Notes under the pieces: generated by a model
What the model was told of the DNA's origin: nothing
Seen by the model: only the letters and a program-made list of their open reading frames with translations
The model's database searches: none
Position numbers and translations under genes: made by a program
Shown here: piece by piece, positions 1 to 15,000 of the stretch
How positions within the stretch are numbered: position 1 is the first letter of the stretch
How the letters are laid out: each line of letters starts with the position of its first letter
Assembly (NCBI RefSeq): GCF_000150275.1
Contig: NW_002060953.1
Coordinates: forward strand, 1,089,693-1,153,692
DNA from: Trichoplax adhaerens
Lineage: Eukaryota > Animalia > Placozoa
DNA length: 64,000 nt
Reading direction: 5' to 3'

Positions 1-2
1 AA

Positions 3-3000
3 GCCGCTAAATTGTTAGCTAAAGCTAACATTGAAGCCAAGAAAGTAGAAACCAGGGCTAAACTAGAGCATGCTAAATTGCTTTCTGATGTTCAAATTAA
101 ATCCATGAAACTGAAAGAAAATGCCGAAATACGATCGAAAGAACTAATTCACGATAGCGAAGTTGCTACTTTAACCATGAAATTGGAAGCAGATGCTAAA
201 GTAGCTGAAATTAAAAAGGATTTTGTCTACGCTAGTCGATGTAAGGCAGAAAGTAAAGCACAAAGTAAAATTATGGCGATTAATGTTGAAAAAGAGTTGA
301 AAGAATATCAAGCTAAAAATGCCATCAAATTAGTAGAATTAGAAGGTCAAAATCAACATGATCAAGTCATGATTAGTGTCGAAGGCGAAGCGAGTATCAT
401 TATTGCTGAAGCGAAAGGAGAAGCGGAAGCCATACGTGAAATTGCCAATGCTAATGCAAATATGGTTTTAGCTCAAGCTGAAAAAGAAGCCAACGATGCT
501 CGAGCTGCTGGCAATGAAGCGAAAGCTAAAAAGATACTTGCTGAAGCTAATTATCAAGCTGAGATATTGAAAGCAGAAGCTGAAATTCAAGCTGTTCAAA
601 TATTAAGTGATGCCAAAATAAAAGCCAATCAATTACGCTCTGAAAAAGAAGCAGAAATTATCAAGCAATGCTACGAAAATGAAGCACGAGTTATAGGTGA
701 AAATTTTACAAGTTTAGATGCTACTGGTGAGAAAGCAGGTAAAGTAAAAAGCGATGCAATTTTATTGAAAGCAGAAGAGAAATCGACATTTGTTGCTGTC
801 AAAGCTGAACGAGAAGCGAAAGCTGCTGAAAATGATGGTGATCTCATTCGAGCTGCAGAACTTCGAGCAGAAGCTTGCACAAGTACTCATACCATTAAAG
901 CAACTGCTCAAGCTGATGCCACCTTAGCTGAAGCTGAAGAGAAAGCCGAAGCTATTACAGCTCAAAGTGAAAGCGATGCTATGGCTGCTATTCGAAAATC
1001 AATCGGTGAAGCAGAATCAATCCTTGCTACTACTCGTGCTCAAGCTGAAAATGTTCGAATCGATTATAAACGAAAATCCAATGAAATATTACAAAAAGCA
1101 AAGATACAATCGCAAAAGTTACGCACTGAAGGGAAAGAAAAAGCTGCTGATGAATGCTTACGACGAGGTGAAGCAGAAGCAGCTAAAGTTGCAGCTGAAG
1201 GTGAAGCAAAATGTGGAAAAATTAATGCTGAAGGTGCTGCTAAAGCCGATAAAGCTAAAATTGCTGGTGAGGAAAAAGCTGTTCAAATTAAAACTGCTGC
1301 TAAAGCCAAAGTTACCGAAATGATGCTAGATGCAAAAGCCAATGCCAACAAAGTTAAAGAAGAAGCCAAAGCGACAGCTGTTCGCGAATCCAATACTATC
1401 TTAGCTCGAGGCTATCGTAAATCGCGCGATGAAGTTAAAGCTGTTGCTTTACAAGCTGAAGCAAATAAGGAATATTCTAAACAGATGGAAAAAGCGCAAT
1501 CAACGACAGCAAAATTACTTGCACAAAAAGATATTGAAGTAAAAGCAGTCAATGTTCAAGGAGAAGCTGAAATGGAAAGATTGAAAACTACTGCAGAAGC
1601 GGTTAGCGTTAAATCGCATGCTAAAGCTGCTGCAATCACTGCTATCATGGACGCAGCAGCCGATACAGCGGTTAAAAAAATCAACCAAAAGAATGACCAA
1701 GTTATCCTACAGTCTGAAATGAAAGGGAGAGAAGATGCTGCTCGCTTATTAAAAGATGGTATTACTGAAGCAACAAGGATGATTATTGATGGTGAAGAGA
1801 AAGCTCAACGTTTAAAAACTAAAGTAGCTATTGAAGCTGTCCGAGCTAGAGTATCTGCTGAAAGTGAAATATTACAATATACAGCGGATAAAGCTGAAGA
1901 GAAACGTGAAGGGATTCAACAATCGATTAAACAATTGACAGCACAAGCTGAACAAGAAATCAAGAAAGTCCTTACATCTGGTAATGAAGTTCGTGCTAAT
2001 GCTATTCGAGAAGATTTAGCAACAAAAATTGAAGTGATGGAACTAGAAGGACAAGTACTGACCAAACATTTAAGTGAACGTGCTAAAATGGAAGCGGAAC
2101 GTATCAAAATGGCTGGTAAAATTAAAGAAAATAAAATTTTAAAATTTGCCGAAGCTGATATTACCATTGCTACTGCAGCAACATTAGCTGAAGCGAGCAA
2201 AGAGAAAGCAATTAAAGATGCTGAATTTGTCAAGAATAAATCTTTAGCTGAAGCCAATTTAGCTAAAAATAAAGGTGAAAAAGAAGAAGTTATTGATGCT
2301 ATTATCAACGACGGTAAACAAGAAGCGGAAAGAATTACTAAAGATGCTGAAGTAATTTCATTACGATTAATGGCAGAAGCACGCGCTAAAGCAACTAAAT
2401 TAAGAGCCGAAGCAAGTGCTGAAGCTGAATTGTTAACCGCTGAACAAAATGCAGAAGTGTTAAAAAATCAAATGTCGGAAGCTGCCGATGCAGCGATTGT
2501 AACTGGCAAGAAAGAAGCTGCTAGCGTACGCTTAAAAGCGAAAGAAAATGCACGCGAATCGGATTTACGCAATAAAAAGAATGCCGCTACTCGTGCATTA
2601 GTTAATGGTGAAATAGCTGCTGAAGTTGCCTTAACAAAATCAGTAACAGATTCTATCCAAAAACGAGCTCATGGTGAAAATACCGCAGCGGTAACAACGA
2701 TGGAAGGTAAAGTGAAATCGATTAAAACAATCACTCATGGCGATATTGAGGCTGTCAAGATAAAATATGATGGTAAAATTGCTGAAGCTCAACTTCTTGG
2801 CGATGTTACTAGAGTGGAAGTATTAAAATTACAACGTGATGCTGAAGTGACTAAAATTACAGCGTTATCCGCTGCTGAATTAAGTCGTGTCAAATCGGAA
2901 GAAGAAGCAGCATCGTTATTAGCACGACGTGAAGAAGAAGCTAAAGTAGCTAAATTAAAAGCTGATCAATGTCGAAGTGCTGAAAATGTCTTATTACTGG

Positions 3001-6000
3001 AAGATAAAGCAAAAGCGGATATTTCATCAGCCAATGAGTTAGCTCAATCGATACGTGATAGTGCTGATGAAAAAATTGATGCTGCATTAGCTGATGGTGA
3101 TGGCGCTGAAGTTGAAAGAATTCGTTCACAAGCTGAAGTGAAAGCGATTAAAGCAGCAACAGAAGGAATCATCCAAGCTGTTAATCAAAAAGGTGAAGCT
3201 CGATTCAATGCTGCATCAGAAGAAGCCAAATTGGTTGCTGAAGCAGCTAAAATCAATGCAGAAGGTAAAGCATATTCAACAAGAATAGCTGCTAAAGGTG
3301 AAGCTAAATGTATACGTGCTAAAGCTGAAGCTGATGCAAAATATGTTAAAGAGATGTCAAGAGCAAAAGCGAAAGATTGCATGCGAAAAGGCCATGTTAG
3401 TGAAGCTGAAGAAGCATTACAAGCTGGTGAAGCTGAAGCAAAAAGGATAATTTCAGAAGCAACGATTGCCGCTACAAATTTAATTGCACAACGTGAAGCT
3501 GAAGCTATACAATCATTATCAGAAGGTGGTATTGAGCATGAAAAATTAAAAATTGGTAATCCTGAAACCGTTATCATTAAAGCTGAAATTGAAGCTGAAG
3601 TAATGCGTAATAATAGCAATGGTCAAATAGAAGAATGTTTATTACAATCACAAAGTAAAGCAAGATTAACAACGATTGAAGCTGAAAGGAATGCTAAAGC
3701 AGCTTTCTTAGCTGGTGATGAAGCAAAAGCAGCTGAAATCATTCTACAAGGTCATATTGCATCGGCTGAAATGATTGCACGAGGTCAAGCGGAAGCCAGT
3801 GATATTAAAGCAAAATGTGACGAAGCCATTGCTCTCAAGTTAGCTGATGCTAAAGCAGATGCTGTTAAATTAAGTTCAGAGAGAGATTCTATGGCTGCTG
3901 AAATTGAATCAGAGTTAAAAGTCAAAGCTTTCAAACTTCAAATTGAATCTGCTGCTCAAGCTGCTGCACGCCGTGGTGATCCAGAAGCTAAACGTTTAAC
4001 CATTGAAGGTGATAAAAAAATAGCTACTTTAACCTCGGACAATGATGTCAAAGTAAAAGTAATGCGTGCTGAAGGAAACGCTGAAGCAATACGATTACAA
4101 GCACAAGCTCAATCTGAAGTAGTTCTTATTCAAAGTAAAGCACAAGCGGAAAATATCCGACTTCAAGCTGATAATGAAGCAAAAGCAGCGATTGCTAAAG
4201 CAAAGCATCAAGCTGAAGCTACCCGACAACAATTAATTAATCAAGCCAATAAGGCTAAAGCCAATGGCAACGAAGATGAAAGTATCAAATTAAGAGCATC
4301 AAGTGAAGCACAAGCTGCTAGAATAATCGCTAAAGGTGAAGTGGAGGCTTGTAAAATTCGTGGTGAAGCCGTAGTCAAAGCATCAGAAGCAATCAATAAA
4401 GGGAAATTAGAAGAAAGTAGTATTCTCCATGAGGGAAGTGTTGAATATCATAAGATTAAATCAGAAGCTGAAGCCCATGCCTTACTTGATAATGATCTAG
4501 ACAACAGAGCGGAAGAAGTTGCTGATCAAGGTGAAAAGGAAATTAAACGTTTACAACAACAAGAAGATACACATGCTGATATCTTACAGTATCGTGCCCA
4601 AGCTGAAATGATTATTGCTAATGCTGAAAAAGATTTAGCATGTGAAAAGATATTATTGGAAGCTGAAATTCAAGCGTCACGTATCGAGGCAGAAGGTAAA
4701 AGTTCAATTATAACTGCTAAAATGGACAGAGAGATTGATAATGCAATCGTACGTGGTGATCATAAAGCTGCTATGGAAAGTAAAATGAAAGGTGAAATTG
4801 ATTCAAGTCAAGTGAAGACTAATGCTAACATTGCAGCAATACGTAAAAAAGCAGAAATGGAATCGAAAGCAGCGGCTACAATGGCTGAAGCTGAAGCAGA
4901 AGCAAGCCAGTTAAGAGCAGCTGAAGAAGCAAGGATTGCATTATCAAAAGATGACGAAGGCCAAGCAGCTCAAGCAATGGCCGAAGGAGAAGCTGTTGCT
5001 ATTCTTATTCGAGGTGAAGGCCAAGCTAAATCTAAAATTATTAATTCTACTGCAGACGTTGAAGTATTACAAGCTGAAGCATCGATGAAGGCCGATGCTG
5101 TACAATTAAAAGCTGAAGCAGCCGCTCATAATGCTGAATTGAGTGGCAATTCGTTATTAGCCGCTGAAATTAGAGCTAAAGGAGATGCCGATAAAGCCGC
5201 ATTAAAATTACAAGCTGATGCAGAAGCTGCAAAAGTCAATTCTTATGGTGAAGCAGAAGCTGTTTTAATTCAAGCAAAATCCAAAGAAGAAAGTATTTTA
5301 TTAAGAGCAAAAGGAAAATCAGAAGAAATAAAAGCATTCGATGAAGAAGAAGCTAATCGTATATTAGATGAAGCTCAAAGAGACGCTGAAAAAGTGATAG
5401 CGGAAGGTAATGCAGAAGCTGAACGTTTGAAAAAATTCGGTGATACTGAATATACAAGGCTACATGCTATGGCTACAATCGAATCAGACCGGCAAATTGG
5501 TCGTGGTCGAGCTCAAACAGTGAAAGAGAGCGGAAAAGAAAAAGAAGCTGCTGAAATTGAAGGTCAAGTTGAAGCTAAAAATGTAACATCTAGAGCTGAA
5601 ATAGAAGCCAATGCAGTTAAAAAACAAGCGGAAATTGAAGCTGCTAATATTCGATCACAGGCCGAGGCTCGTGCCATAGCTGTAGATAAAACTGGTAATA
5701 GTAGTGAAGCCGAGAGAATTCGTCGAGATGGAGAAGTCGATGCAACTAAAGCTCTCGCTATTGGCATGATCGAAGCTGATAGAATTATTGCAATTGGTAA
5801 GCTTGAAACTGAGTTGGAATTCGCAATGGCTAAAGTTCAAGCAGCTAAGCTTAAAGGAGATAAAAATAGTGCCATTCGACTTACAGCAGAAGCTGAAGCA
5901 AAAGTTTCTGAGCAAACTAAAATTCTCGATGCAGAAGCGTTATATCAACGTACGGAAGAAGAAGCAAAAGCATTACAGCGTAAAGGACAAAACGAGATTC

Positions 6001-9000
6001 AAGCGATTAAAAAAGCAGCTAAACAATATGTCAATAACGCTAAATCAAGTGGTAGTACTATGGCTGTATCAATTGTTACTGCTCAAGCTGAAGCAGAAAT
6101 TAATCGAATTGAAGCAGCTAGAAAAGCAGAAGCGGAAAGATTATTGACAAAGGCTAACGCTGAAAAAACACTTATAAATGCTGAAGGTAAAGTTGAAGCA
6201 ATCAAAATGATCGCCCGTGGTGAAGCAGATATAGCTGAATTACTGGATGATAATAAGAAAATTAAACAAGTTTTAAATACCGCAGAAATGGATTGTGCTA
6301 AAATATTAGCCCAAGCAACACAAGAAGCTTCACGAATTGCTGCAGAGGGCGAAGCTAGTGCTACTCAAATTCATGCTCAAGGTTTTGCAACATCGGAAAA
6401 TATTAAAGCGACAACTAATTCAACCGAAATTGAAAATCTTGGTATGAAACATAAGGCGCAAAGTATAAAAGAAGTTAAAAATGCAGAAACTAAAAGTACA
6501 GTTAAATTAGGCAAAATTGAAAGTATAAAAACACAAGAAATTGCAAAAGCTAACGCTGACAAGCAAGCTGTTGAGCGTGAAACAGAAGCTTTAAAATCGA
6601 GCGGAAATGAAGAGCAAGCTATCCTTAAAAAAGCTCAAAGTGACGCAAATTATATTATTGCTGTTGCTGCAGCTGAAAGTAAAGCTCTTCAAGCCAAAAG
6701 TTTAACTCAAGTTGCTGTTGCAAAAGCGGAACTAGAAAGTAAAATCAAGTTAAAGAAAGCGGAAAAAAATGAAAATGCTATTACTGAAATGACAGGTGAA
6801 TTAAAAGCAATTGAAATTTTAGCACAAGCTACCGCTGAAATTGATGGTACGTTACAAAATAAATTAGCAAAAATTGAAGCCGAAAAAATTATTGCTGAAG
6901 GACAAGCTGCAGTAATAAGAATGAAAGGTAATCCAGTGAAGGCAGCAGAGATGACAGCACAGATCCAAGCTAAAGCGATTAAAGCAGCTGCTAAAGCTAA
7001 AGCGGACGCTCTCAAAAATAAAGCACAATATGAAGCTAAAGCTGAAAAGATAGTAGCTGAAAGTCGTACTAATGTAGCGGAACGTTCAGGTGATAAAACC
7101 AAAGCTGACCTGACCAAAACAGTTGGTGATATTAAAGCCGGACGAATAATAGCTCTTGCTGAAGCTCAAGCTTCCCAAATTGTTGCAGAAGCGGATGCTG
7201 AATCAGATAAGCTAGTTCAATTAGGCAAGGCTGAATCGCTTAAACATAAAGGTGATGGGGCTGAAGTGAAACAATTACATGCCAAAGCAGAATCCACCTG
7301 TTTAAGAGTAAAAGCAAAGGCTTTAGCCGATGCTATTAAAATTAAGAATGAAGTTGAAGTGGAATCTAAACGCCAAATTGCAATTGCTGAGTCGAAAGCT
7401 GTTCGAGCAAACTCAGAAAAGAAGGCAGCTAATTTGGCCAAATCGAACGATAAGATTAATAGTAAAAAAGCAAAAATTGAAGGAGATATTCAAGCAGCAC
7501 GTATAATGGCAACTTGGGAAGCTGAAGCAATTACATTAAAAGCGTTTGCTGAATCCGATGCTTTACTAGCAACATGTGAATGTGATGCAGCTACGATTGA
7601 TATCATATCTTCGAATCAGGCTGATCAAATTAATGATGATGGTAATCCATCGAAGGCAACTATTTTAAAGAAAGAAGGTGAAGCAGAATCGAAGGGAAAG
7701 CGTATCGAAGGTAGATTAGAAGCTGATAAGATTAAAATACAAGGAGATTGCGAAGTGATCCGATTAAAAGCTGCAAAACAAGCTGATAATATAAGATTAA
7801 CAGCAGAGATGCATGCACATTCAGCTGAAGCTGCTAATAATCACTCTGATGCAATCCGCATTAAAGGTGATGCACAATATGATGCCGCAAAATTTCAGTG
7901 CAATGAAGAGATTAAGGCAGCAAAGATGAAATGTCAAGCAAGTGTTGAATCAATACGTAAAAATACTGCCAAAAAGATTGAAGCAGTTAAAGTTAGTAGT
8001 GAAAGAATTATGGAAGTGCATTCTGTATCAGGTGATGCAGATGAAGCTACTAAACAGCGAAAGTATTATTTAGGTAAAATATCTGTTATTGAGGCGGAGC
8101 AAGCAGCAAATGTAGCTATTGAAAAAGCTGAAGAAGAAGCTGCAATAATAAAAGCTGAAGCGAAGATAAAAGCAGCACATGTCATTCAAAATGCAGCAAA
8201 TCAAGCAGCGGAACTATTAAAGCAAGGTAAAAAATTGCAAGCCCAAAATATCACTAAACTTGCTGAAGAGGAAGCTGCTAAAATATCGCGTTTGGCTGAA
8301 ATTGAAGCTATCAATGTTAGAGCTATCGCAGAAGCAGAAGCTTTAAGATTAGTAGGCAAGGGAAAAAGTGAGGCGGCACAAATTGAAGGAGATAAAACTA
8401 AAGCTCAAAATGAATTATCTGACGCTAGAGCTAGAGCATATCTTATTGAAGCAAACAGTAAAGCAACAGTAGTGAAAAATACTGCCGAAACTGAAGCCAA
8501 TTATATATCAAGATTAGCTGAACTTGAAGCTCAAGATGATATCGAGCGTGGTAACGAAGAAGCTGCTTCCATTAAAATTTCTGAAGCGGAAGTAGAAAGT
8601 AATAGAATAAAAGGTGTAGCAGCAGTTGTGGCTGATAATATTATAGCCATTGGTGAAATTGATTCAGCATCACAAAAAGAACTTGTAAAAGCCGAATTCT
8701 TACAAGCTAATGGCCAAGAAGCTAAAGCTATCTCGGCGAAGGCTGAAGCTTTATCTGATGCAATTACCAAGAAAGGTGAAGTTAACGTTACTAAAGAACA
8801 AGAACTATTACAAGTTGAAGTGGCGGCTGCCGTACAGAAAGCAGTTGCCAATATTGAAATAGCCAAGAGTAAAAATGATCAAATTGAAGCTGATAGAATG
8901 CTAAAACTTGCAAAATTAGAGGAAGAGAAACTTAGAAAAATCTCGAAGATTAATAGCGATAAAGTTAAGAAAATATCTGTTACTGATGCCAACCTCTGTA

Positions 9001-12000
9001 AAGCCACTGCTGAAGCAAATATTGCTAAAGTTAAAGGTGATGCTAACAAATATAGTCAGTTGATGAAAGATGCAATTACTACAGCGGCAAAGAAGAAAGC
9101 TTCAATCGAAGAGCACGCTCTTAAAGCTTTTTTAGAAGTTAATGTTGCTGATGTACAACAAGTAGCTAAAAGTAATGCTATTGCTGCAAATCAAAAACAT
9201 GACAAAGTAGAAGCTGATAAAATTAAAGCTGTGAGTAAGGCCAAAATTGAAAAATTGCAAGCTAGTACTTCTGCTGAAATTGCTAAATTTCAAGGGATTG
9301 CTGCATTGGAAATCAAAGTTAGTAAAACCCTTGCAGAAGCTGGTGTTCACGAAATTAAAGGCAACAAGACTCGAGCTATTATTACAAGGTCTGAAGCAGA
9401 AGCAGAAAAAATAAGACTTACAGCTGATGCAGAAGGAAAACTTGTCGAGAGATTAGCTGAAATTGACGCTGAAGCTATAAGAATTTGTACAAAAGAAGAC
9501 GGTAAAGCAGCAAGATTACATTATACACAACTTGCGAAAAAAGAGCAAGCCGCGGGAAATCTCTTAGAAGCTGAAAAATTAAAAGCTGAAGGTGAAGCAC
9601 AAGCATACATATATAATCACCAAGCTGAAATTGAAGCAAGCAAAGCTATAGCTAAGGGAGAAGCTGATGGCCTAATAGTAAAGGCAACCGGAAATGCGGA
9701 AGCTACACAAAAAATATTTGATGGCCAAGCGGAAGTCGCTTCGATCGAAGGGAATACACTAAAATCAAATACATTAATTAATAACGGCAACGAGGCTTCA
9801 ATCTTGATCTTGGCGGAAGCTAGTGCCAAAAGAGAGAGAATATTGGCTAAAAATGAAGCGGTGTCAATACGAACGACTGCTGCTGCAGCGGCGGAAGGGA
9901 ATAAATTACGAGTTAACGCTGAAGCTGACAATGCCAGAGTTTTGGGTGATAATGTTAAAGCAGCGCAATTAGATGGCAATTGCGTAGCTGAATATTGGCA
10001 AACAGTACGCCTTGGTGAGATCGAATCCGAAAAGAGGCTTGCGCTTCTTGACGCTGAGGTAGAAATGATACATTCTAAACGTAAGAGTGACTTATCAAAA
10101 GCTCTTGGCGATGAAGTTGGTGCTAAAGTCATCATTGAAACTGGTAAAGTTCAATATGAACGTGCGAAAGCAGAAATTGAAGCAAAGTATGCTAATTTAA
10201 TTGCAGAAGTCCAGGTTGATGCGACTCTTCAGAAAGCACAGTCCGATGCAAAAGCAGCAGATAAACATGGAAAAGCAGAAGCTGCCGATGAATTCCGACA
10301 AGCGGGTAAAAATTCAGCTTTTAGCCTCAGAAGAAATAGTGTAAAGCTGCAGCATAAACGTCAAGGTGATGCTCAAGGTAGTAAATCTAAAGCGGAAGCG
10401 CTACGTAAGGCTGAAGAAATTTTATCTAAAAGTAAAAAGTTGGCTGATGGTAGTAGACAAAGCAATAATTATAGCAGTGCAGTAAAAATTTCAGCAGATG
10501 GCCGCGCTAAAGCAATTGATGTTGTCACTACAGGTGAAGCTCGAGCAATTTTAGCATATGCTAATGCAGAAGTAAAAATCGCAAAAGATAAAGGTGACGA
10601 TAAAACAGTTATACAAGCTAGAGTATTAGGTGACCAAGAAGCTGCTAAGTTGCAGGCCTTAGGTGAAGCGGAAGCACGACGTTTGAATCTGGTGGGTAAA
10701 GCTTCAGCATTAAGATTAGATTCACAAAATCAAGCCAATATATTAGATAAAAAGACACTTTCCGAAATTGAAGCAGCACGTGAAGTTGGTAATAAAGTTG
10801 GAGCAATTAATGTACAAGCTGATGGTCATATACGTAAAGAGCAATTACTTGTAGAAGCAACTGCAGAAGCTATCAAAATTGAAGCGTTAGCAGAAGCTGA
10901 ATTTTATAGAATCAAAACCTTAGGAGCAATTTCAGCCGCTCAAACTGCAAATGACACATTAGAAGTCTATAAATTGGAAACATCATCTAAAATCGAAATT
11001 GAAAAATTGAAAACAATGGGTGAAATTGAAGCCAATCGTGTCATTGCTATTGGTGAAGTTAATAATCAAAATATAAGAGATGAAGCTGAAATCAACAAGG
11101 CTGAATTAGCTGGTGATACTGATCGAGCTGATAGATTAAAAGCAGAACATGAAGTAAAAGATATCCAATGGAGAGCCAAAGCAGAAGCAGAATCAGTTAA
11201 AGCTAAAGCTGAGCTTAATGCAAAACTAACTATCTTAAATGCTGAAAAAGAAGCTGAGATTAAACGTCGAGAAGGCGATGAGAAAAATGCACAGCAGATA
11301 TTAGCTGAAGCTAAAGCAACAGCAAAATGTATACGTGCAGATGGCGATACAGAAGCGACTAGAATTTTAGCTCTTGCTAATGTTGATTGTGAAAATGTGA
11401 AAGCATTGGCTGAACTAAAATCATCGCAAAAAGTTCTTGAAAATCAAATTAATAATGCTGAGGCTACAGATCAGAAGAAAAATGTAATTCGATTGAAAGC
11501 ATCACAAGAAATTAATGATGTTTTACAAAAAGCAACAGCAGATGCGAAACGAATATTTGGTATTGCCGCTGCTGAAGCTAATGGAGTTAAAGCCGCGTTA
11601 GATAATAAAAGTAAATCTGTGGATGATAAGATGGAACAAGCGAAACTGCAAAAATCATCGAAATTGGAATCGGAAAAGATAAAATTTATTGGAAATGCTA
11701 ATTCGACTAAAGCTAATATTCTTGGTGAAATTGAAGCCGAAAGGATCAAAGCTTACAGTGAAGCAGAAATTGCACGCGTAGATGACAATGAAGAAATTGC
11801 AATCCGTTTAGAGACGGCTGCTGATGTCAAGGCAGTCAGGCTTGAAGCAGAAGCTAAAATCAAGAATGTTAAGGCAGTTGCCTTACAAGAAGCTCAATTT
11901 GCAGCATTAAAAATGGAAGCTAATGCAGAACATGCACTCGCAAAAAATGATGAAATTGAAGTAAATAACCTTAAATACCAAGGTCAATTGGAAGCGCAAT

Positions 12001-15000
12001 TAATTATTAATGTAAGTGATATCGACTCAGCCTTACTAACTAGGTTAGCCGAAATAGAAGCTAATAAAGTTAGTTTGTTAGAAAAATCAAGAATATCTAA
12101 ATTGGATAATGATAGTATTGAAGTAGAGAAAGAAATAACTGCAGTTGAAATCAATGCCATCGAACGAAAAGCTATCGTTAAAGCTGATGCGATGAAAGCG
12201 AAAGCTAAATTAAAAGCTGAAGCCGCAAATGAGATTGCCCACAGTAATGCTCAAGCAGCACTAAAAAAAGGAGATAAAATTTTAGCTGAAAGATTCATTT
12301 TGGAAGGTGAAGCGGAATCCAAAAATATTATTGCTAGGAGTGAAGTAGAAGCAGAAGAAATTCTCGCTTTAGCAGTTGCGGAAACGCAAGAGCTAAAGGC
12401 AAATTTAAGCGTGATTATTGCTGAAGTAGAGGATAAAGGAGACCATGAAGCTATCCAATTGGAAAATGAAGTTAACATTCTTCGAGCGAAAACTAGTGCA
12501 GAGGTAAACTACATACTAAAAAGTAAAGAGCTAGACGCACAAGTCTTTGAAGCAAAAGAAAAATTTAAAGCTGAAGAATTAGAGAAAAAGGGCAATGCCA
12601 TTGAAGCTACAAAAATAAGAGCTTACGCCGCCGCTGAAACAAATAAAATTCGTGCCCTAGCTGATGTTGAAGCTAAGCAGTTACAAACAGAATGTGAAAT
12701 TGATGTATTAAAAACTCAGGCAATTACTAGAGTTGCCAAAGCAAGACAGTCAGGAGATGCAGCTAAGGCAATCAATATTGAGACAGAGATGAATGTAGAT
12801 ACAGTCTTATTAGAGACTGCAACAGAAATAGAAAGTATTAGGGCAGCTGCTAGAGCAAACGCTAATTTGATTATTGAAAAAGCTAGAGCGGATGTAAATG
12901 CACTACAGTCTCAGTATAATCTAAAAATAGCTCAGGCTAAAGCTAATAATAATATCGAAGAAGCAGATTCATTGCAAAAGCAGTGTTCTACGGAAGTCTT
13001 GGAAATTATTTCAAAAGCTGAAGCTGATGCCTGTATGATTGAAGAAGATGCTAAGGCTGATTGTGAACGTTTAGAAATGGCATGCAAAGCAAATATTGTT
13101 AGACTTAAGGCCGCAAGTTCTGCAGAGAAAGCACGAAATGAGGGTAAATTTGCAGAAGCTGCTCAATTTGAAATTGATGGTGAGAAACAAGCATTAGAAA
13201 TAGAGATCGAAGGTGAAATTATTGCTGCAAGAATTCGATCAGAGGCCAAGGCTCAAGCCATCCTAATTAAATCGAAGGCAGAAGCAGCTGCAGCTAGATT
13301 ATCAGGAAATGATATGAAAGCGTCAAGAATACTTGCTGAAGGCGAAGCTTTAGCTAATAGCACTATTACGGAAGGAGAAGCAACAGCTGATAAATTAAAG
13401 CTGGAATTAGCAATCAAGCAATCACAACTTAAGAACGGCTACAGAGAACTGGGTGCCATTGAAGCTGAATATAAATCAAATACCGAACAAATAAGAGCCG
13501 ATGGTAGAATAAATGAAATTAGAATGCGCGCTACAGTAGATGCAGAAGCTGCAGTTTTAAATGCTGAACGAAAAGCTGAGGCTGCTAAAGCTTCTGGAAA
13601 CCATCACGAAGCTGAGCATTTAATCGCTGAGGGTAAAATAAATGCGAAGAAAATTGTAACTTTAGCTGACGCCGAAGCTGAACTGTTGAAAGCATTAGAT
13701 GAAGCTACTACAAATTTAACCCAAGTTAAAGCTCAAGTTGCAGCTCTTAAAGCTTCTGGCGATGAAGAGAAAGCAATCAGGATGGAACTCCAAGCTGAAA
13801 TACGTGCGGCAGAACTCAGAGATGCTGCTAGGATAGCTTATACCAGAAAAAAGGCAAAAGCCGATTCAGATGCTATTCGTGCTCTTGCTAACAGTAGTGC
13901 AGAATTAGCCCGTAAGCAAGGAAATGCAGAAAAAGCAGAAATGATATTAAAGGAAGCAAATATTAAACTGAAAGAAGTTGAATTAATCGCTGAAGCAGAA
14001 ATTGAATCAATTCTGACTGATGGATCGATTCAAAATGAGCTAAAGAAATCATTGGCAGAAGCGGCGATTGCTAAACTTAAAGGTCATAAGCAAGATGCTG
14101 TCAAGCTACAATATGCAGGTGAAGCAAGGGCAGCTATTCGGTCTTCAGAAATTAAAAGTAATCTAGAAAAGACAAAGGCCGGCATTTTTGCTGATACAAT
14201 TTTGCAGCTTGCTGAACTGAAAGCCGAAGAAGCAAAAGCTAAGGGAGATAATGTAGAAGCTGATAAAATACTAGCTGAAGCAATGGCCAAAGCAGAATTA
14301 AAAAGAGCTTTAGCAGAAGCTGACGCTTTCGAATTAACGTCTGCTGGTAAGATAAATGCAAATAGAGCAGAAACAAGTACCGCATCGGAAATCGCAAAAT
14401 TACGCGGCGATCTGAAAGAATCTAACAAATTACAAACATCGAAGGAGATTAAAACTGCAAAACAAACTGCTACAATGCAAGAAACAGTCGCTCAAATGCG
14501 CGCTGATGCTAGGGCTAAATATAATGAAGCTTCAGCTGCAACTGCAACCGCAGCATTTAAGTCAAAAAGTGATGAAATTAACGCTGAAGTTGCTTTAGCT
14601 ATTAACAAAGCAGATAATGCGAAAATAGCAACCCTAACGAAAATTAAGGGTGACTTACAAAAGAAATTAGCGGACATTGAAACTCAAAGGCTATCAAAGT
14701 TAGGAGAAGCTGAAGCACTTCGATTAAAAGGAGAGACTGAAAAAGCTGATCAGATAGTTATGGAAGCGAACACCAAAGCTGCTGTTGAGAAAGCTGAGGC
14801 GCAGTCTGCGTCCGTAAGGGCCTCTGCTGAAGCTGAAATTTTATATAACAAGCAATTAGCTGAAGCTAGAGCTACTGCCGCTAACAAATTAGGAGACCGA
14901 CAGAAAGCAAATATGATCTTAGCTGAAGACGGTATAGAAGCTACATGTGTCAATGATACTGCTGAAGCTGAAAGTACGTTAATTGAGAAATTAGCAGACA